DNA of 64,000 nt from Phoronis australis (Eukaryota > Animalia > Phoronida), in the NCBI GenBank assembly GCA_002633005.1, contig NMRA01000042.1:92900-156899 (forward strand), given 5' to 3'. Below the pieces are notes generated by a model. That model was not told where the DNA came from. It did no database searches and was given only the letters and a program-made list of their open reading frames with translations. The position numbers and the translations under genes were made by a program. Shown here one piece after another: positions 35,301 through 46,300 of the stretch (positions are counted from its first letter, which is position 1; each line of letters begins with the position of its first letter).

Positions 35301-36147
35301 TAATTTCCATACATCATTGTTACTCACGTGTCCTTCTTTGTTTCACTGTTTTAGAATAATATTTTTTTAATCAGTTCTTCCTCACCCTTTTCTTAAAAAA
35401 GTTCTCTCTGTTGTTACGCAGCATCATATCGGCAAAAGCGAATGACATTTCTTGTTGGGGTCTTAATCAAATATAGTCACTGGCTAAGAAAATCAACCAA
35501 TAAGACTTTACGATTACCAATGTTATCTTAAAAACACAACCAAGAGTCTGCATCAAACACATTTCTTTGCGCTATTATTTATTTATCTTTTAATAATTTT
35601 TTACAATTTTAACAAAACGTCGTGACTGAATTTTACGTTTCAATGATATTTTAGTATTACACGTACCATACTAAAGGGCTTTGGCGATGATGCAATATAT
35701 AGGAGGAGCTTGGGCCAACGGGGTAGTGGTTTTTTGGACTAAATGTCCTTCGACACAATGGCGTGTATTGCCTTCGAATCCGAATATGCGTACACTCACA
35801 TTGCTATATACATTACATATAAAATCAAGTCGTATACTGAATAGGCAATATGAAAACAAATAAAATTAAACTTACCTGAACCCAGAGCTCACCTGTTTAG
35901 GCTGGTAGATTTTGCCTAAATTGATTGCCACAGTTGTAGAAAAAGTAATATCGGGCGATAGCAGAGTAACCCTAAAAGCTTGCGTGTTTCGTCAATGCTG
36001 TAGTCAATTGCAAGATATTGCATTTCCAATAAGAAAATGACCCAGGTCTGGGCCAAAGTTGAACATTTTACGAGAATCAAAGCTCAGCACGGCAAAATCG
36101 CTTACTTGTAGACTAAATCCCCAAAGCAGGAATATGCTCCTCCACAT
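8832..36147 (-). CDS. Delta/Serrate-like type I membrane protein: signal peptide - DSL - 33 EGF - SEA-like module - TM - short tail (spliced gene model)
   Basis: Phase-compatible GT-AG exons: 36147-36106 (MWRSIFLLWGFSLQ), 35892-35876 (VSSGFR), 21300-21173 (DSL), 19932-19810 (EGF1), 18962-15309 (32 EGF), 13155-13002, 12806-12614, 9216-9119 (TM), 8892-8832 (tail and TGA). Exons from 21300 downward join in frame with no stop. The two 5' exons are less certain and additional exons may be missed. Confidence 0.75.
9119..9216 (-). CDS. Transmembrane exon
   Basis: tatttcag|AAT TGG...; NWMKKHWFSIVIPIGIALLVVVVVGVRHYVRK: hydrophobic helix followed by basic stop-transfer residues; donor TG|gtgagc. Confidence 0.85.
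9608..10512 (+). mobile_element. Solo LTR (~905 bp) in the intron upstream of the TM exon
   Basis: TGTCA...TGACA termini; flanking 5-mers ttcag / ttcaa (TSD with one mismatch); internal CCAAT boxes and AATAAA at ~10415. Confidence 0.7.
12614..13155 (-). CDS. Two exons (13155-13002, 12806-12614) encoding a Cys-free juxtamembrane alpha/beta module, SEA-like
   Basis: GPTYSLLLKGNISKTKILKKHVVHAVQVLVSNYLRGANISASHIKIAIHNG+SNLFTKVNIALMLDEGLQAETLMQVFSKAKEDERMLNGLLSPYVIYNQLHAERPSSPPLQQKHQK. Strong acceptors (catttccag, tgatttcag); phases 1-2 and 2-0 fit the neighbouring exons. The fold is inferred from the strand/helix pattern. Confidence 0.75.
13243..13548. mobile_element. Harbinger-like MITE
   Basis: GGGTCTAAT...ATTAGACCCC terminal inverted repeats with further subterminal symmetry. 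Confidence 0.5.
15309..18962 (-). CDS. 3654-nt exon encoding 32 tandem EGF repeats (mostly calcium-binding type) plus one atypical Cys-rich unit
   Basis: Lies within ORF 15271..19155. Acceptor aattccag|GG at 18963/18962; donor TAT G|gtaag at 15309/15308. Repeats of 37 aa with (D/N)I(D/N)(E/D)C...C..G.C.D....Y.C.C..GW.G..C. Confidence 0.95.
19299..19555. mobile_element. Kolobok-like non-autonomous element
   Basis: ttaa-agcggcattaaacc ... ggtgtaaagctgct-ttaa: imperfect TIR with TTAA at both ends. Confidence 0.6.
19810..19932 (-). CDS. Exon: end of DSL domain plus EGF1
   Basis: tttcag|GT TGG ACT GGC...; encodes GWTGRDCKTSENDCRPDSCLNGGTCIDGHRTFSCRCEAGFS; phase 1-1. Confidence 0.9.
21173..21300 (-). 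CDS. Exon encoding DSL (Delta/Serrate/LAG-2) domain
   Basis: LTAEAFVSCDKNWYGRYCSVNCIPDPVHYACNVYTGLPVCRG, joined to GWTGRDC, fits the DSL consensus C..yyG..Cs..C.p....HY.C...G...C..GW.G..C. Acceptor ttcttcag, donor G|gtaact. Confidence 0.85.
23068..23209. mobile_element. Harbinger-like MITE; second family member at 34228-34377
   Basis: TIR gcgttcagtaacgctaggacct / aggtcctagcgttactgaacgc, flanked by CAG on both sides. The 34228 copy shares the TIR core (ttcaataacgctagg) and the internal sequence. Confidence 0.7.
29331..32347 (+). mobile_element. ~3-kb non-autonomous element with a 146-bp terminal hairpin (Crypton-like architecture), inserted at a (TA)n tract
   Basis: Imperfect palindrome 29331-29476; adjacent tttataccaca (29477-29487) is inverted to tgtggtataaa (32337-32347); (TA)n at 29304-29332. 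Confidence 0.55.
32185..32250 (+). other. tRNA-like Pol III promoter relic (not a functional tRNA)
   Basis: A box tggtgtagtggt and B box ggttcgaaacc, but no intact acceptor or anticodon stems. Confidence 0.45.
32926..33408. mobile_element. MITE with ~120-bp terminal inverted repeats (TTAA-flanked, piggyBac-like)
   Basis: accactcgttccaaacgccgta...tgtaacact is mirrored by agtgttacggtg...tacggcgtttggaacgggtggtggttaa. Confidence 0.65.
33876..33940. repeat. (TACATG)n palindromic microsatellite, ~10.5 units
   Basis: Read directly from the sequence. Confidence 0.95.
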
Positions 36148-36241
36148 GTTCCAAGAGTGTTCAGCGTTATACAAAACAGTCGTTTCAGACTAGCCCGGAA
36201 TTACAATGTACCAAAGAAACGTAGGACGTCAAAAATATGCC

Positions 36242-36249
36242 TTTTTATA
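36242..36249 (-). promoter_or_regulatory. Putative TATA box of the DSL-EGF gene
   Basis: TATAAAAA on the minus strand ~95 nt upstream of the ATG (36147) of the signal-peptide exon. Confidence 0.45.
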
Positions 36250-39200
36250 GTAGAAAACTAAGGTAGGAAATCCGGTAGTGTTTGCAATGTCATTCGTCAA
36301 TCTCTCGCACGTGTCTTGCGCGAGACAATGAGTAGGGTTGTCATTGATACACTGTATACAACGTACAAATTTAACAAGACATAAAACAAATTAGCTCTAA
36401 TTTAAATTTTAAGTTGACATTTCTAGTACGTATCTATAAAACGCTCAAACGGCTATTTTGATGGCAATTATGTTTCACAGCAAAGTCACGATTCCTTGCC
36501 TAACGATTGAGTGCCAAGACCCGTTTCTTTCGGTCATCCATGCATCTGTCAATTGGCGACTTTTGAGAACCAGGAAATTCCTGGACGGGTTCAAAGGTCA
36601 AATCAACATAAATCTGGTTAGCATCTGAACTCGTATTTTTAGAAGTTTAATTCTATTTATTTCTGCCAGATTAACCACTAATCGAAATGACCAAAACACG
36701 TTCCCAGCCAGACGTGTTTAACTAGCACTGAGAATTACATGTGCGTTGCACGAAATCCTCCAGGTGTCGCAAGAGAAGTACGAGCCTTCCATTTGAACTG
36801 GCCTGCATTCACACAAATCACGTGGCTCTCTCACGAACGCCGCCATACTGATGAACAACTTTTTGCTCTCTTGAATCTATGTAGCAGTCGAAAAAGAGGA
36901 CCTTTACTTATTGGACCCTCTGGTGATTATTGTGTCTCCCATTCTGAAAATACATGTAAATGTGTTTAGCACACATGATATGGTGGACAAAAAAGTGGCA
37001 CTTCAGTTTGCTACACCATGGGCTGGTCCTGGGAATTTTGGGGGCTAATTGTCTTCTCGAAGAGATATGAGCTCAGCTGTCTGCTTGAGGTGAAAGAAAT
37101 GAAACTAGCACAAGTTCAATCGATCTTGCTGATATCTACCCAGTGCAATTCAGCACCCAGTGATGGATTTAGAGGAGGGCCAAGGGGGTCATGCCCCCCC
37201 CCCCTAAAGTTCTCCCACATTCCATTTGGCAGTTCGGGGGTGCGAATTTCAGACGGGCAAAATCCTGGCTAATACTCTGCTCTGCCCCCCCGCCCCCTCC
37301 GGGCCCGGCCCTAACTCAAAATCCTGGATCCGCTACTGGCATCCCCAACACTGAGCTGAACCAGTATTTGTATGCCTATGGTGACCCTCAGGACTAATAG
37401 CCATGTATGGGGTGACGACCGGGATCGGCTGAGGGTTTGTGATTTGAATATTTGATTTCGGCCATTCGCCACCATGTTTCCCTGTGATATCCGACTGGGT
37501 GTTTACGAGCCGACGGCCGTGGACCAAAACGGCAGTTGAAATCAACAGTATCGCCGTAGTTAAATATTCCGTATTGTGCTGGGGTTGACTGTACATATCA
37601 CTTATTTTGCAAGTCAGCATTAGCGCATTACTGTTTGGTCAGATTACACAATGTTACCAGGTGACACCACTTTCAAACGAAAATGCATGGCATTGTCTTG
37701 AATTATCGGGCATCAAAACCATAGCAATTTCTACTTTGGATTACCTTTCCTGCTTCCCTTTCTCATACATGTAAATTGTCCCGGTCCCAGTCTATTTTTG
37801 ATCGACTCGCGAAATGCGATTTCCACGACATGTCGCTTGGCACTTCTAAGGTGAGCACTCTTGAACCAGACGGTCTCGCCACCTGGCGACTGGAGCCGAC
37901 TTCTGGACCAGACGGTCTCGCCATCTGGTGAACGTGTACATATACAGTGCGATAGCTTCAATTTTCTTATTACCTCCCGGGCGATTCAATTTCCCAGGCA
38001 TACCAGTTCCCCTGACGATTTTCGCCACCATCCAGCAATGTTTACATGTGACAGTAGGCAGAGGAAAAGAGGGGTGCTTCATATTTTGCAATAGTTTTCA
38101 TTTTTATTTCATGGACAGCAACGATCATGTCGGGTGGATTTGGGGCCGTCTGAACCACGGACATTTGCCACAGGACCCCACGACGATCCTTGGTCGATGT
38201 GACTCGAGGTCATAGTAAAAGTCTTGTGATATAAACTCGCACGCTCCGCGCCATATCTATCATTGGCAAACTGTACGATATCCGGCGGGGACTTGCCGGC
38301 ACAAAACAGGATCAGGGTCACAGGAGATCCACACAAAATCGAAATGTTTATAAAACTTGTTTCGTTGTTTTTAATTTTAGACTTAAATGATTCGACATGT
38401 CTTTGAGATCTCAACTTTCCACATTTAAAAATATGTGTGCCCAAAGGCGGCGGCTTCGCTGAAGGCGCTCATTATCTCTTTCACAGTCGTCTCCAGCTAC
38501 ATGTTTATGTCAGACGCTCCTGGTGTTATCTCGAGTCGGGCACCAAACTTTTTACTAAGACGCTTACAAAAATTGTGTTTCGTTGGTTTGAATTCTTTGC
38601 ATGAACTACAGTACAGCGAAAATTCAAATGGTAAATGAAAACCAATCTGATACTAACATTTCTTTTGAAATACGATTTTGATCATGCGAATGGACTAAGT
38701 TATCGCTAAAAATACTGGCATTTGTTATCAAAAGTTCACGATATAAACATTTCTCCTTGTTTTGAACTGCTATAAACGTCTTCACTGAAAAAACGACCAG
38801 AAGTCTACCAATCATTCCATCACACTTTTTACCTCATGAAGACCTGCCTGAACGACTCGTGCGAACACCTTGCCAGTGTGTGTTTGTGGGGGGGGGGGGG
38901 GCTTACAGTAGGTTTGTGGAGGAAAGTAGTTCGCTCATTCATTATTAATTACCGTGCGGGATTGGGTGGAAAAACCGAGTGAATGTTGCACCAGCGGGGC
39001 GGCAGTATCATACCGGCCACTACTCCCACTCGTCTACTAGGACTAAGGTCTATTGTTTTGTACTCTTTGTAAAAATTGTGAGAAAATTCGAATCATAAAC
39101 TGGTAGAAAATATTGTGTACTCCTATCTTCCGCTTTCCACCGTTTCATGCGCCTGCTGTCACTATCCGGCATCTTGTTTTTATCCGCCGTCCGACAGTAG

Positions 39201-40250
39201 ATATACATGTAGTAGGCCTAATTTCGGTCTCCTGGTGGTTGATGTTTATTAAAATTTCTCTCGCTGATCAGTGAATAGATTAAATTTGGTTTTAGGGTTG
39301 GTATAAGAAACAAAGAGTCATATCTTGGTATTAGTGTTGTATTCATTTGTTAAAGATGTCTTTCAGGCAACCGCTGATTTTGGCCGGGATCGCGTTAGTC
39401 ACGGCCTGAACCGTAACTTCTTGCATATAATAGCCTGATAATTATTGTGCACTAAATTGAACGAGATAGGATTAAAGGTGATATCAAAGGCATTCGGTAA
39501 TTCTTGGACTTAAAGCAAAAGCATTAGTTCAGTTGCTGGGTGGACTGCCACCCCTTTGAGGGCTAATCTTCGTCCGTGTTGACAGCTAGGCGGACTGTGT
39601 ATTCGAATCTGACGCGATCTCATCGCCATCACGCGGATTATTTTCCGAAAGTAATCCATTAGTGCAGTAAACAGTGGGTGTTTTTAAACGTTATGGTTTT
39701 GTTCTTTGATCTATTTTCTTGCAACTGTGTCAGTGCTTAAACATTTCAGTTTTTATCACTTCCTGGCGACAAAGGAAGTTTCTTGCCAGGAAATTCAGGT
39801 ACCCCGCAGTCTTTTTAAGACTAGCAAACAAAATACGGTCTGGTAGATATTCGTTGCTTACCCAATTTTTTGGAGTCAGTACTTTTCAATTAGTATTATT
39901 CTGAATGCGTTGCTCGCTGAGGCCCAGTAGTCGTGTGGGGGTACTTAAATTGCTCATCTTTCGGGATAGCCGTCTTATCTTTTCACTTCGGGTGGCCATA
40001 AAATGAATGAAGCGTACTTTATTTTTTAGAGTGTAGGTCAACTTTCATCGGAAGCGTTAGCATTTTCTATTTTGTTACAGAAGAGAAGAAAACCGCTTCT
40101 CCAGAGTTAGCCCTAACCAAGGAAACAAAAATTGCGGAGAAACTGTCGAGTGTCACCTGTTTAACCAGTCTTGCTGGCTGCGCACTCTACTGCTCGACGA
40201 ATATACCACTTTAATCCTTGACTTCGTCCGTTGACAAAAATGAACAACTT

Positions 40251-40426
40251 TTAAAGGCGAAGGCAACCTTTTTCCATGTCATTTTGAGCTAAAATAAGGT
40301 TGGTTGGTTATCCTAGACATATTTTCCTCTTAATTACAGCTTTTCGTAATTTTATTAATTTCTCGTCCGCTACTCCGGAAGTGACGTTTTAGGAGGCAAG
40401 CATTTCGCGCCAATTTCTTTTCATAC
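40251..40426 (+). mobile_element. Terminus of a Kolobok-like DNA transposon, truncated by an assembly join at 40438
   Basis: ttaa-AGGCGAAGGCAACC...; inverted homolog of 398-572. Confidence 0.65.
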
Positions 40427-41982
40427 AGTCTGACTGTNTGGCTGAGGCCCGCCTAAGAGCTACGCCCGGGCCTGCCTGCGCTACCTTCGGCAGCTTGGCT
40501 GAGGCATGCACGAATAAAATGAAATCATAGACAACTGAACATTTCGAAATTATCATACAGCATCAGTCAAAGAAAAACAAAAACAGAGCCTTAGGCATTT
40601 GAATAGTAGCAGCCTTTTGTAAACATTTTCAAAAATCTAATGCTGACTAATTGTACATTGTTTTTTCAACATTTGTATGCTGAGCCTCGTACATGAAATA
40701 ATCATATGACACTATGAACTTAGTTGAACACATCCATACGTTGAAGGGTAAATGAGTATTTTATATCCAGTTAGCTAAATAAATGTAGGCGATAATAATA
40801 ATTTCAGGCATACAAAGCTATAGCAGCAATACTTTTAGTTGTCTGAAAAGCACGGTCCACATGTGATACCAAATCTTTAAATGTCGGCATTGTATAGCCT
40901 TTCATGGTCTCTGCAGAACTCTGGAGTCCGCACTTTTCAGAGTACTGAGACTTGATATAATTCATGAATTTGAGGTATCTGTCCACAACAGGAACTGATG
41001 ACCGCGGCACAGTGTTGGTGGGTCAGTGGGCATTAGCTCCCAAGAGTTATAGTCTTTCACTTTATCATGCATGTTTTCAAAGTCTTCTTCTGAACTAAAA
41101 AGTTGAAAAATATCCAGTTAGAGGGTATCAAATAAAGTATTAAGTAAATTTGAATTATGTATTGAGCTTGTCGCTCAGGAAATACATGAATGCTTTCTTA
41201 GTTAATTAGCCATAGTCTTTAGAAAATTTAATATGCTTTTGACTAAGAGCATTAATAAGGGGGTTATTTGCTACACTAATGGAAACTCATAGCTGAAGTT
41301 TGATTTTTAGTCCTATGAATAAAACAGTTAATTAAACCATACTGCAGAGACACTACCGGTAGATGATTGGTGGCAATGGCAAACCTCTAATATCCGATAC
41401 ATCTCTTACTTAGTTCCTGTAGCTCAATTATCTAGTTTCAGTTCATGTAACAAAAATAAAAAATTACTTTTCTCTCATTGCTCTGATGTGAGAATTTTAA
41501 CACGGAATCATAACAACGTGTTTCTAAGTCTCAAGTAATTAAAGTAAATAAAATATGTTAGGTCAAAACACGATTAACTGGCACTTGTCTTGGCATTAAC
41601 TACATGTACATGCAGGTTTTGGTCTGTAACCCAACTCATTTTGAAATCTGTGCTCTATACTACTTAACTTCCATAACCATAATCAATTGAATCAGTTAAA
41701 AAAACTTCCTTTTTGTTTGTAAGACTAAAGCTACTCATTCATAAGTGAAACATAAATGCCACTTAACAATCAAATTGACAAAAATACAATGTTGAAATCA
41801 AAAACTCACCATTTAATGTATTCAGTTCTTCACTATCCATGCAGAGTTTATGCTGGACCAAAACCGTTTGAGAGGGTTTGAAAATCTTAAAGGTCACTTT
41901 CCAGGGATGCAACCTTGACAACCAATTGGTAACACATGTTTAAAATAAACATTGCTGGTAACTTGTTAAATCAAACCATCCA

Positions 41983-42195
41983 GAAATTCCCTAAGTCTTG
42001 AAATTCAATAGCCATTCAATTCCACGACATTCTGAAATTTTCTAAGTCCTCAAATTCAATAACTATTCAATTCCGAACAGCCAAAATTTTTCTAAGTCCT
42101 GGAATTCAATAGCCATTCAATACAGAACAGCTAAAAATTTTCTAAGTGCGGAAATTCAATAGCCGTTCAATAGCCGTTCAATAGCCATTCAATTG
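41983..42195. repeat. ~50-bp tandem repeat (4 copies) plus ttcaatagcc subrepeats
   Basis: Unit approximately aaattttctaagtcctggaattcaatagccattcaattccgaacagc. Confidence 0.8.
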
Positions 42196-42304
42196 ACGGC
42201 AAGGGAAGTGCCAATTGAATTTTCATTCAGTAGACATATTCAATAGAACTTCAATTTTGAATTGAATCTCAATTGAAACTCAACTTTTCCTTTTCGTATG
42301 GGGG

Positions 42305-42671
42305 CCGGCCTGCCTGCGCTGCCTCAGGCAGCTTGGCCGAGGCCCGCCTAAGCGCTACGCCCGGGCCTGCCTGCGCTGCCTCCGGCAGCTTGGCCGAGGC
42401 CCGCCTAAGCGCTACGCCCGGGCCTGCCTGCGCTGCCTCCGGCAGCTTGGCCGAGGCCCGCCTAAGTGCTACCGGGCCTGCCTGCGCTGCCTCCGGCAGC
42501 TTGGCCGAGGCCCGCCTAAGTGCTACGCCCGGGCCTGCCTGCGCTGCCTCCGGCANTCCGGCAGCTTGGCCGAGGCCCGCCTAAGTGCTACCGGGCCTGC
42601 CTGCGCTGCCTCCGGCAGCTTGGCCGAGGCCCGCCTAAGTGCTACCGGGCCTGCCTACGCTGCCTCCGGCA
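42305..42671. repeat. GC-rich 54-57-bp hairpin minisatellite (~6.5 copies); further copy at 40439-40506
   Basis: Unit gggcctgcctgcgctgcctccggcagcttggccgaggcccgcctaagcgctacgccc; n at 42556 means the array may be collapsed. Confidence 0.9.
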
Positions 42672-43308
42672 CAAGTTGATGAAGTAGCGATAAGTAGTGT
42701 CAAGTTTACTAGTCAGATAATAAATCGTTATCAAAGAAATCATCTTGATATACAGTACAGATATTTTGTTCTCTGGCTCGTATTTAGTTTCGCCCGATTT
42801 CAAGCACACTGCCATAGCAAACTTGAAATTTGAGCATAGACTCCGAATTTTTACTCAGGTTGCTTGCTCAAACTCGAAGTTTCACCTCGACAGGCGTACA
42901 AGTTGGAGCACAACTGAAAGCCGCCATGATTACTATTTCAGGTCCTTGAATTCAGAGTTTTGAGATTGTTTTGTAAATTCCATCGCCAATTCACCACTCA
43001 CGAAGACAGTTAATGGAATCTAGGAAAGATAAGGCTTCGAAGGTTGATGCAACATCAGACTGAGGGAGGTGCACGCAGATTTTATTTGGACTTTGGACGG
43101 TTGAAGTTGGGAGCCTCGGCTTGGCAAAGTTTAAGTGTCCAACCTTTATGTTTTCTTATATTATTGAGTGATGTCATTTGCGATTATAAACCCAAGCGCT
43201 TGTGCTATGTACGTAAGCCAACCGACTAGAGCGACGTCTTTCGTGAAAATGCCCCGAGCTCTCTACATGGGAAGTTTTCTATGAGTGGAAGCAATAAAGC
43301 AAGGTAAA

Positions 43309-46300
43309 ATGGCTGCGCCCATGTTTAACGTGTTTGTGGGCGCTGAGACAGGTTTACTAAAGGGTAAGTAAACTTTGTGAATGTATGTTAGAGTATGATC
43401 TCATATCCGAGTGAGTGCATGTGTAGGAGTAGTTCACAGAATTAAGTGTTACGTAATACACCCCCAACATGAGGAACTGTAGTAAACATGTTTGTTCAGT
43501 ATATCCTGTTATGATTCATGTATGTCACTATATAGTCCGATTACCTCTCGTCGTCAGTCTCCAAAGGTCGTCCGCCATCTTGTTTCGCGTGCAGCGCTGC
43601 CACGCGGGATTTAGCGTTCCAATTTGAAACGCTCGTCTGCACGTTAGGTACTAACCTCTCGGGAGAAACACGCGTGGAAGAACTGAGACTAAAATTAATG
43701 CATTTACCGACTGTTTTTTTGAGACCACTTAAAAACTTGTTGATTTTACTAATGCACTTTTTTGTTCATTTTCAGAAGATATTTTCAAAATTAAATTTTC
43801 TTCAGACGGAACAAAAAGCAACCCAGGGATTGTTTATGCAATGTATCTATTTGTCCCAGGCACTAACCGACATCTGTTAGGCCAAAGGAAAAACGCAGCA
43901 GACAAATGGAACACGCTGGGTGCTTAACAGTTTCGGCCCACGCCTTGGTCATCAAAATATTGTTCACTTGTTTTTTTATTGCAAAACACAGTACTGAACT
44001 CAACATTTATGTTGAAAATTTTGGTTAAAGCATTTTGAATTTATTTGAAGAAAATTAAAATACTTGAATTGATAGAGAATGGCCACCAATAAAGTAAAAC
44101 ATTGACTTTATTTCACTATATTGCATTTGTTACATACAACACAGCATGACATAATCAAAAATAAAAGAAGAGATTGAGCAATAAAATTCAAATGCAACTT
44201 GGGTATTTATTTATTTATTTATGAATGCAGAAGCCTGTTAAAGATGAGAAAAAATCAAACAATACAATTATGGGTAATTTATTAGAACAATTGTATCGAG
44301 GTTCAATGATCAACTTCCGCCTACCAAGTCTCAAAGGCTTACAGTTCTGTTTTGGCTGACAAGGTGTTAACAGAGAATGAAGAGAAACTGAAAAGAAAAA
44401 GAAGGACAGCAGAGATAAGTGATGTTAAGAACAACAAGAGCAAAAAGTCAAATAAAGAGGTCACAAATACAAAATAAGTAAGGTCTGCCTGGAATAAAAC
44501 AATTGTGATTTATTTTCCAGAACTGAAATTCTAAATCAATTTTAATCGATTTAAAAATCGATATCATACCAGTAAAACAGTTTGTGGTTGAAGTAGAGTT
44601 GCTGTAAACCACTTTCCACTATTTTCTTGGCCTTTTTCTGTGTGGTTTTCTGTCCTTTCAAAAGGCGGCAGCACATGACGACCATAGGTGTCATTATAAA
44701 ATGGCTGCCGAAAACCAATGCACAGTTGAACAACTCGGCTTAAGTAAAAGAAAACGTTTGAATCAACGAATACTATATATTTGTGAGAGTTAAATCAAGT
44801 CCTATTCAGATCATAACTTTGAAGTGGAATAATTGGGTGAGTAAGACAACAAGCCGGTTTTATGCTTAGGCGGACGACTATAGGGTTTCGGAGTGTATAA
44901 GTGTATGATCGCATGGATTGTAACAGACTCAGTAGTATCAGTAGAAGAGTATGTAATAAAACTATTATCCTCCTTCAGACTAGTATTATACTTGGACCGC
45001 GTTTTCGCACTGTGTCGCGCATTCAACGTTCCTAACCGAACAGAATGCCTTTCACTGCTAGCACATCAACAATGTATTTTGAAACTAAGTGATGCGAAAG
45101 AATGTGCAATAATTTTGCCTGCTGCATCCAGGATGATGTATCTGCCTAGCGTACACAACCTCTGCCATAGGTGATATTGCCATTATCAAATCCCTTCGCG
45201 TATCTGTCACCGTGTTAAATTCGCTCACTACAATCGGTAAAAAATCACTCAAAAATGTAATAAATGTGAATAAAAATTATCACAAAGTATGAAATAATAT
45301 ATTGTTTTACGTATGTGATAATCTTTTTTTGTCGCAAAATTCGTTTAATAATACTTTGCACGAGTTTTTTGCAGGGACGTGACCGATTTTTCAGACGAAA
45401 ATGGCTGCCGGTAAAAATGACTGCTATTTGGTTTTCAACCCAGGAGAAGACTAAACTCGCGAATTTTTACGTGAAACTTCGTGAAAGAACAAAAGGGAGC
45501 CTTGCGAACACGATTATGTAAGTAGTTTTCACTTCCCTGCACTAAAAAGTTGAAAAAGTCACCTGTTCCTGCGACCTTCAACTTCGATTTGAATTTATTG
45601 GTATATAGCATAATTTGCGAATGTAATGAACTGTATTCCGCACTAAAGGGTTCATTAATGAACTATTTCAAACATTTGTTCTAAATGAAAACTTCGTCAA
45701 TTTCTGACAATCAGGCCAATTTCTGACTCACTTCGTAGTTCCGGGTACTGCCGCTAGGGGTGGTCCTGTGAATCGTATTGATTGTTTGGTTTACAATCCT
45801 GAAGCACGTCAACTTTTCCTGATGAAAACTCAATGTAAAAGAGAACTAAACAGTTATTTCTCGTAGTGAGAACAATGATTCTTATATTTATTTTTTGCTT
45901 CACATTTTTGTTGGTCAAACCACTGATAGACTTGGGTTGGCTTGTTGCCAGAGAGGTCCACACCCATTTTGCCTCATTGGTCATGACATTTTATTCAGAA
46001 TATGTCAAGATAGAAAATGAAAATATTTTAAGTTTAGATTAAACAAATATTACAAATGTACAGTTCTACTGCAGTCCTGTGTTTCCAAGACTTTGTGGTC
46101 CACTACTATGAAACACATGCTTTCGATAAACTTTTTTCTGACCACGGGCCAGTATATATAATTTTTAACAGAACAATTGAGGTTTGCCTAGATTGTTCAT
46201 AAATCTCACCTTGATCTATATCCTCGAGGTAAGCTTTGTTGGAAGTTGCTGTGGACCAAACCAGTTGTTATTTTCTTCATTATTTTTGTTCTTATAATTT

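Noticed and set aside
398-40426. One giant transposon bounded by the inverted Kolobok-like ends
   Set aside because: The termini face away from each other (each element extends outward), so they are separate copies.
42273-42584. Repetitive ORF (GPACAASGSLAEARLSATP)n and possible CRISPR-like array
   Set aside because: Translation of a 57-bp minisatellite; there are no unique spacers, no cas genes, and the context is eukaryotic.
42700-43308. U2 snRNA next to WDR74, as in mammals
   Set aside because: I saw no U2 5' sequence (ATCGCTTCTCGGCCTTTTGG) on either strand.
43533-43691. Antisense first exon ATGGCGGACGAC...G|gtaatc in WDR74 intron 1
   Set aside because: It lies within a tagtc...gacta-bounded segment that looks like a MITE, and no downstream exon was identified.
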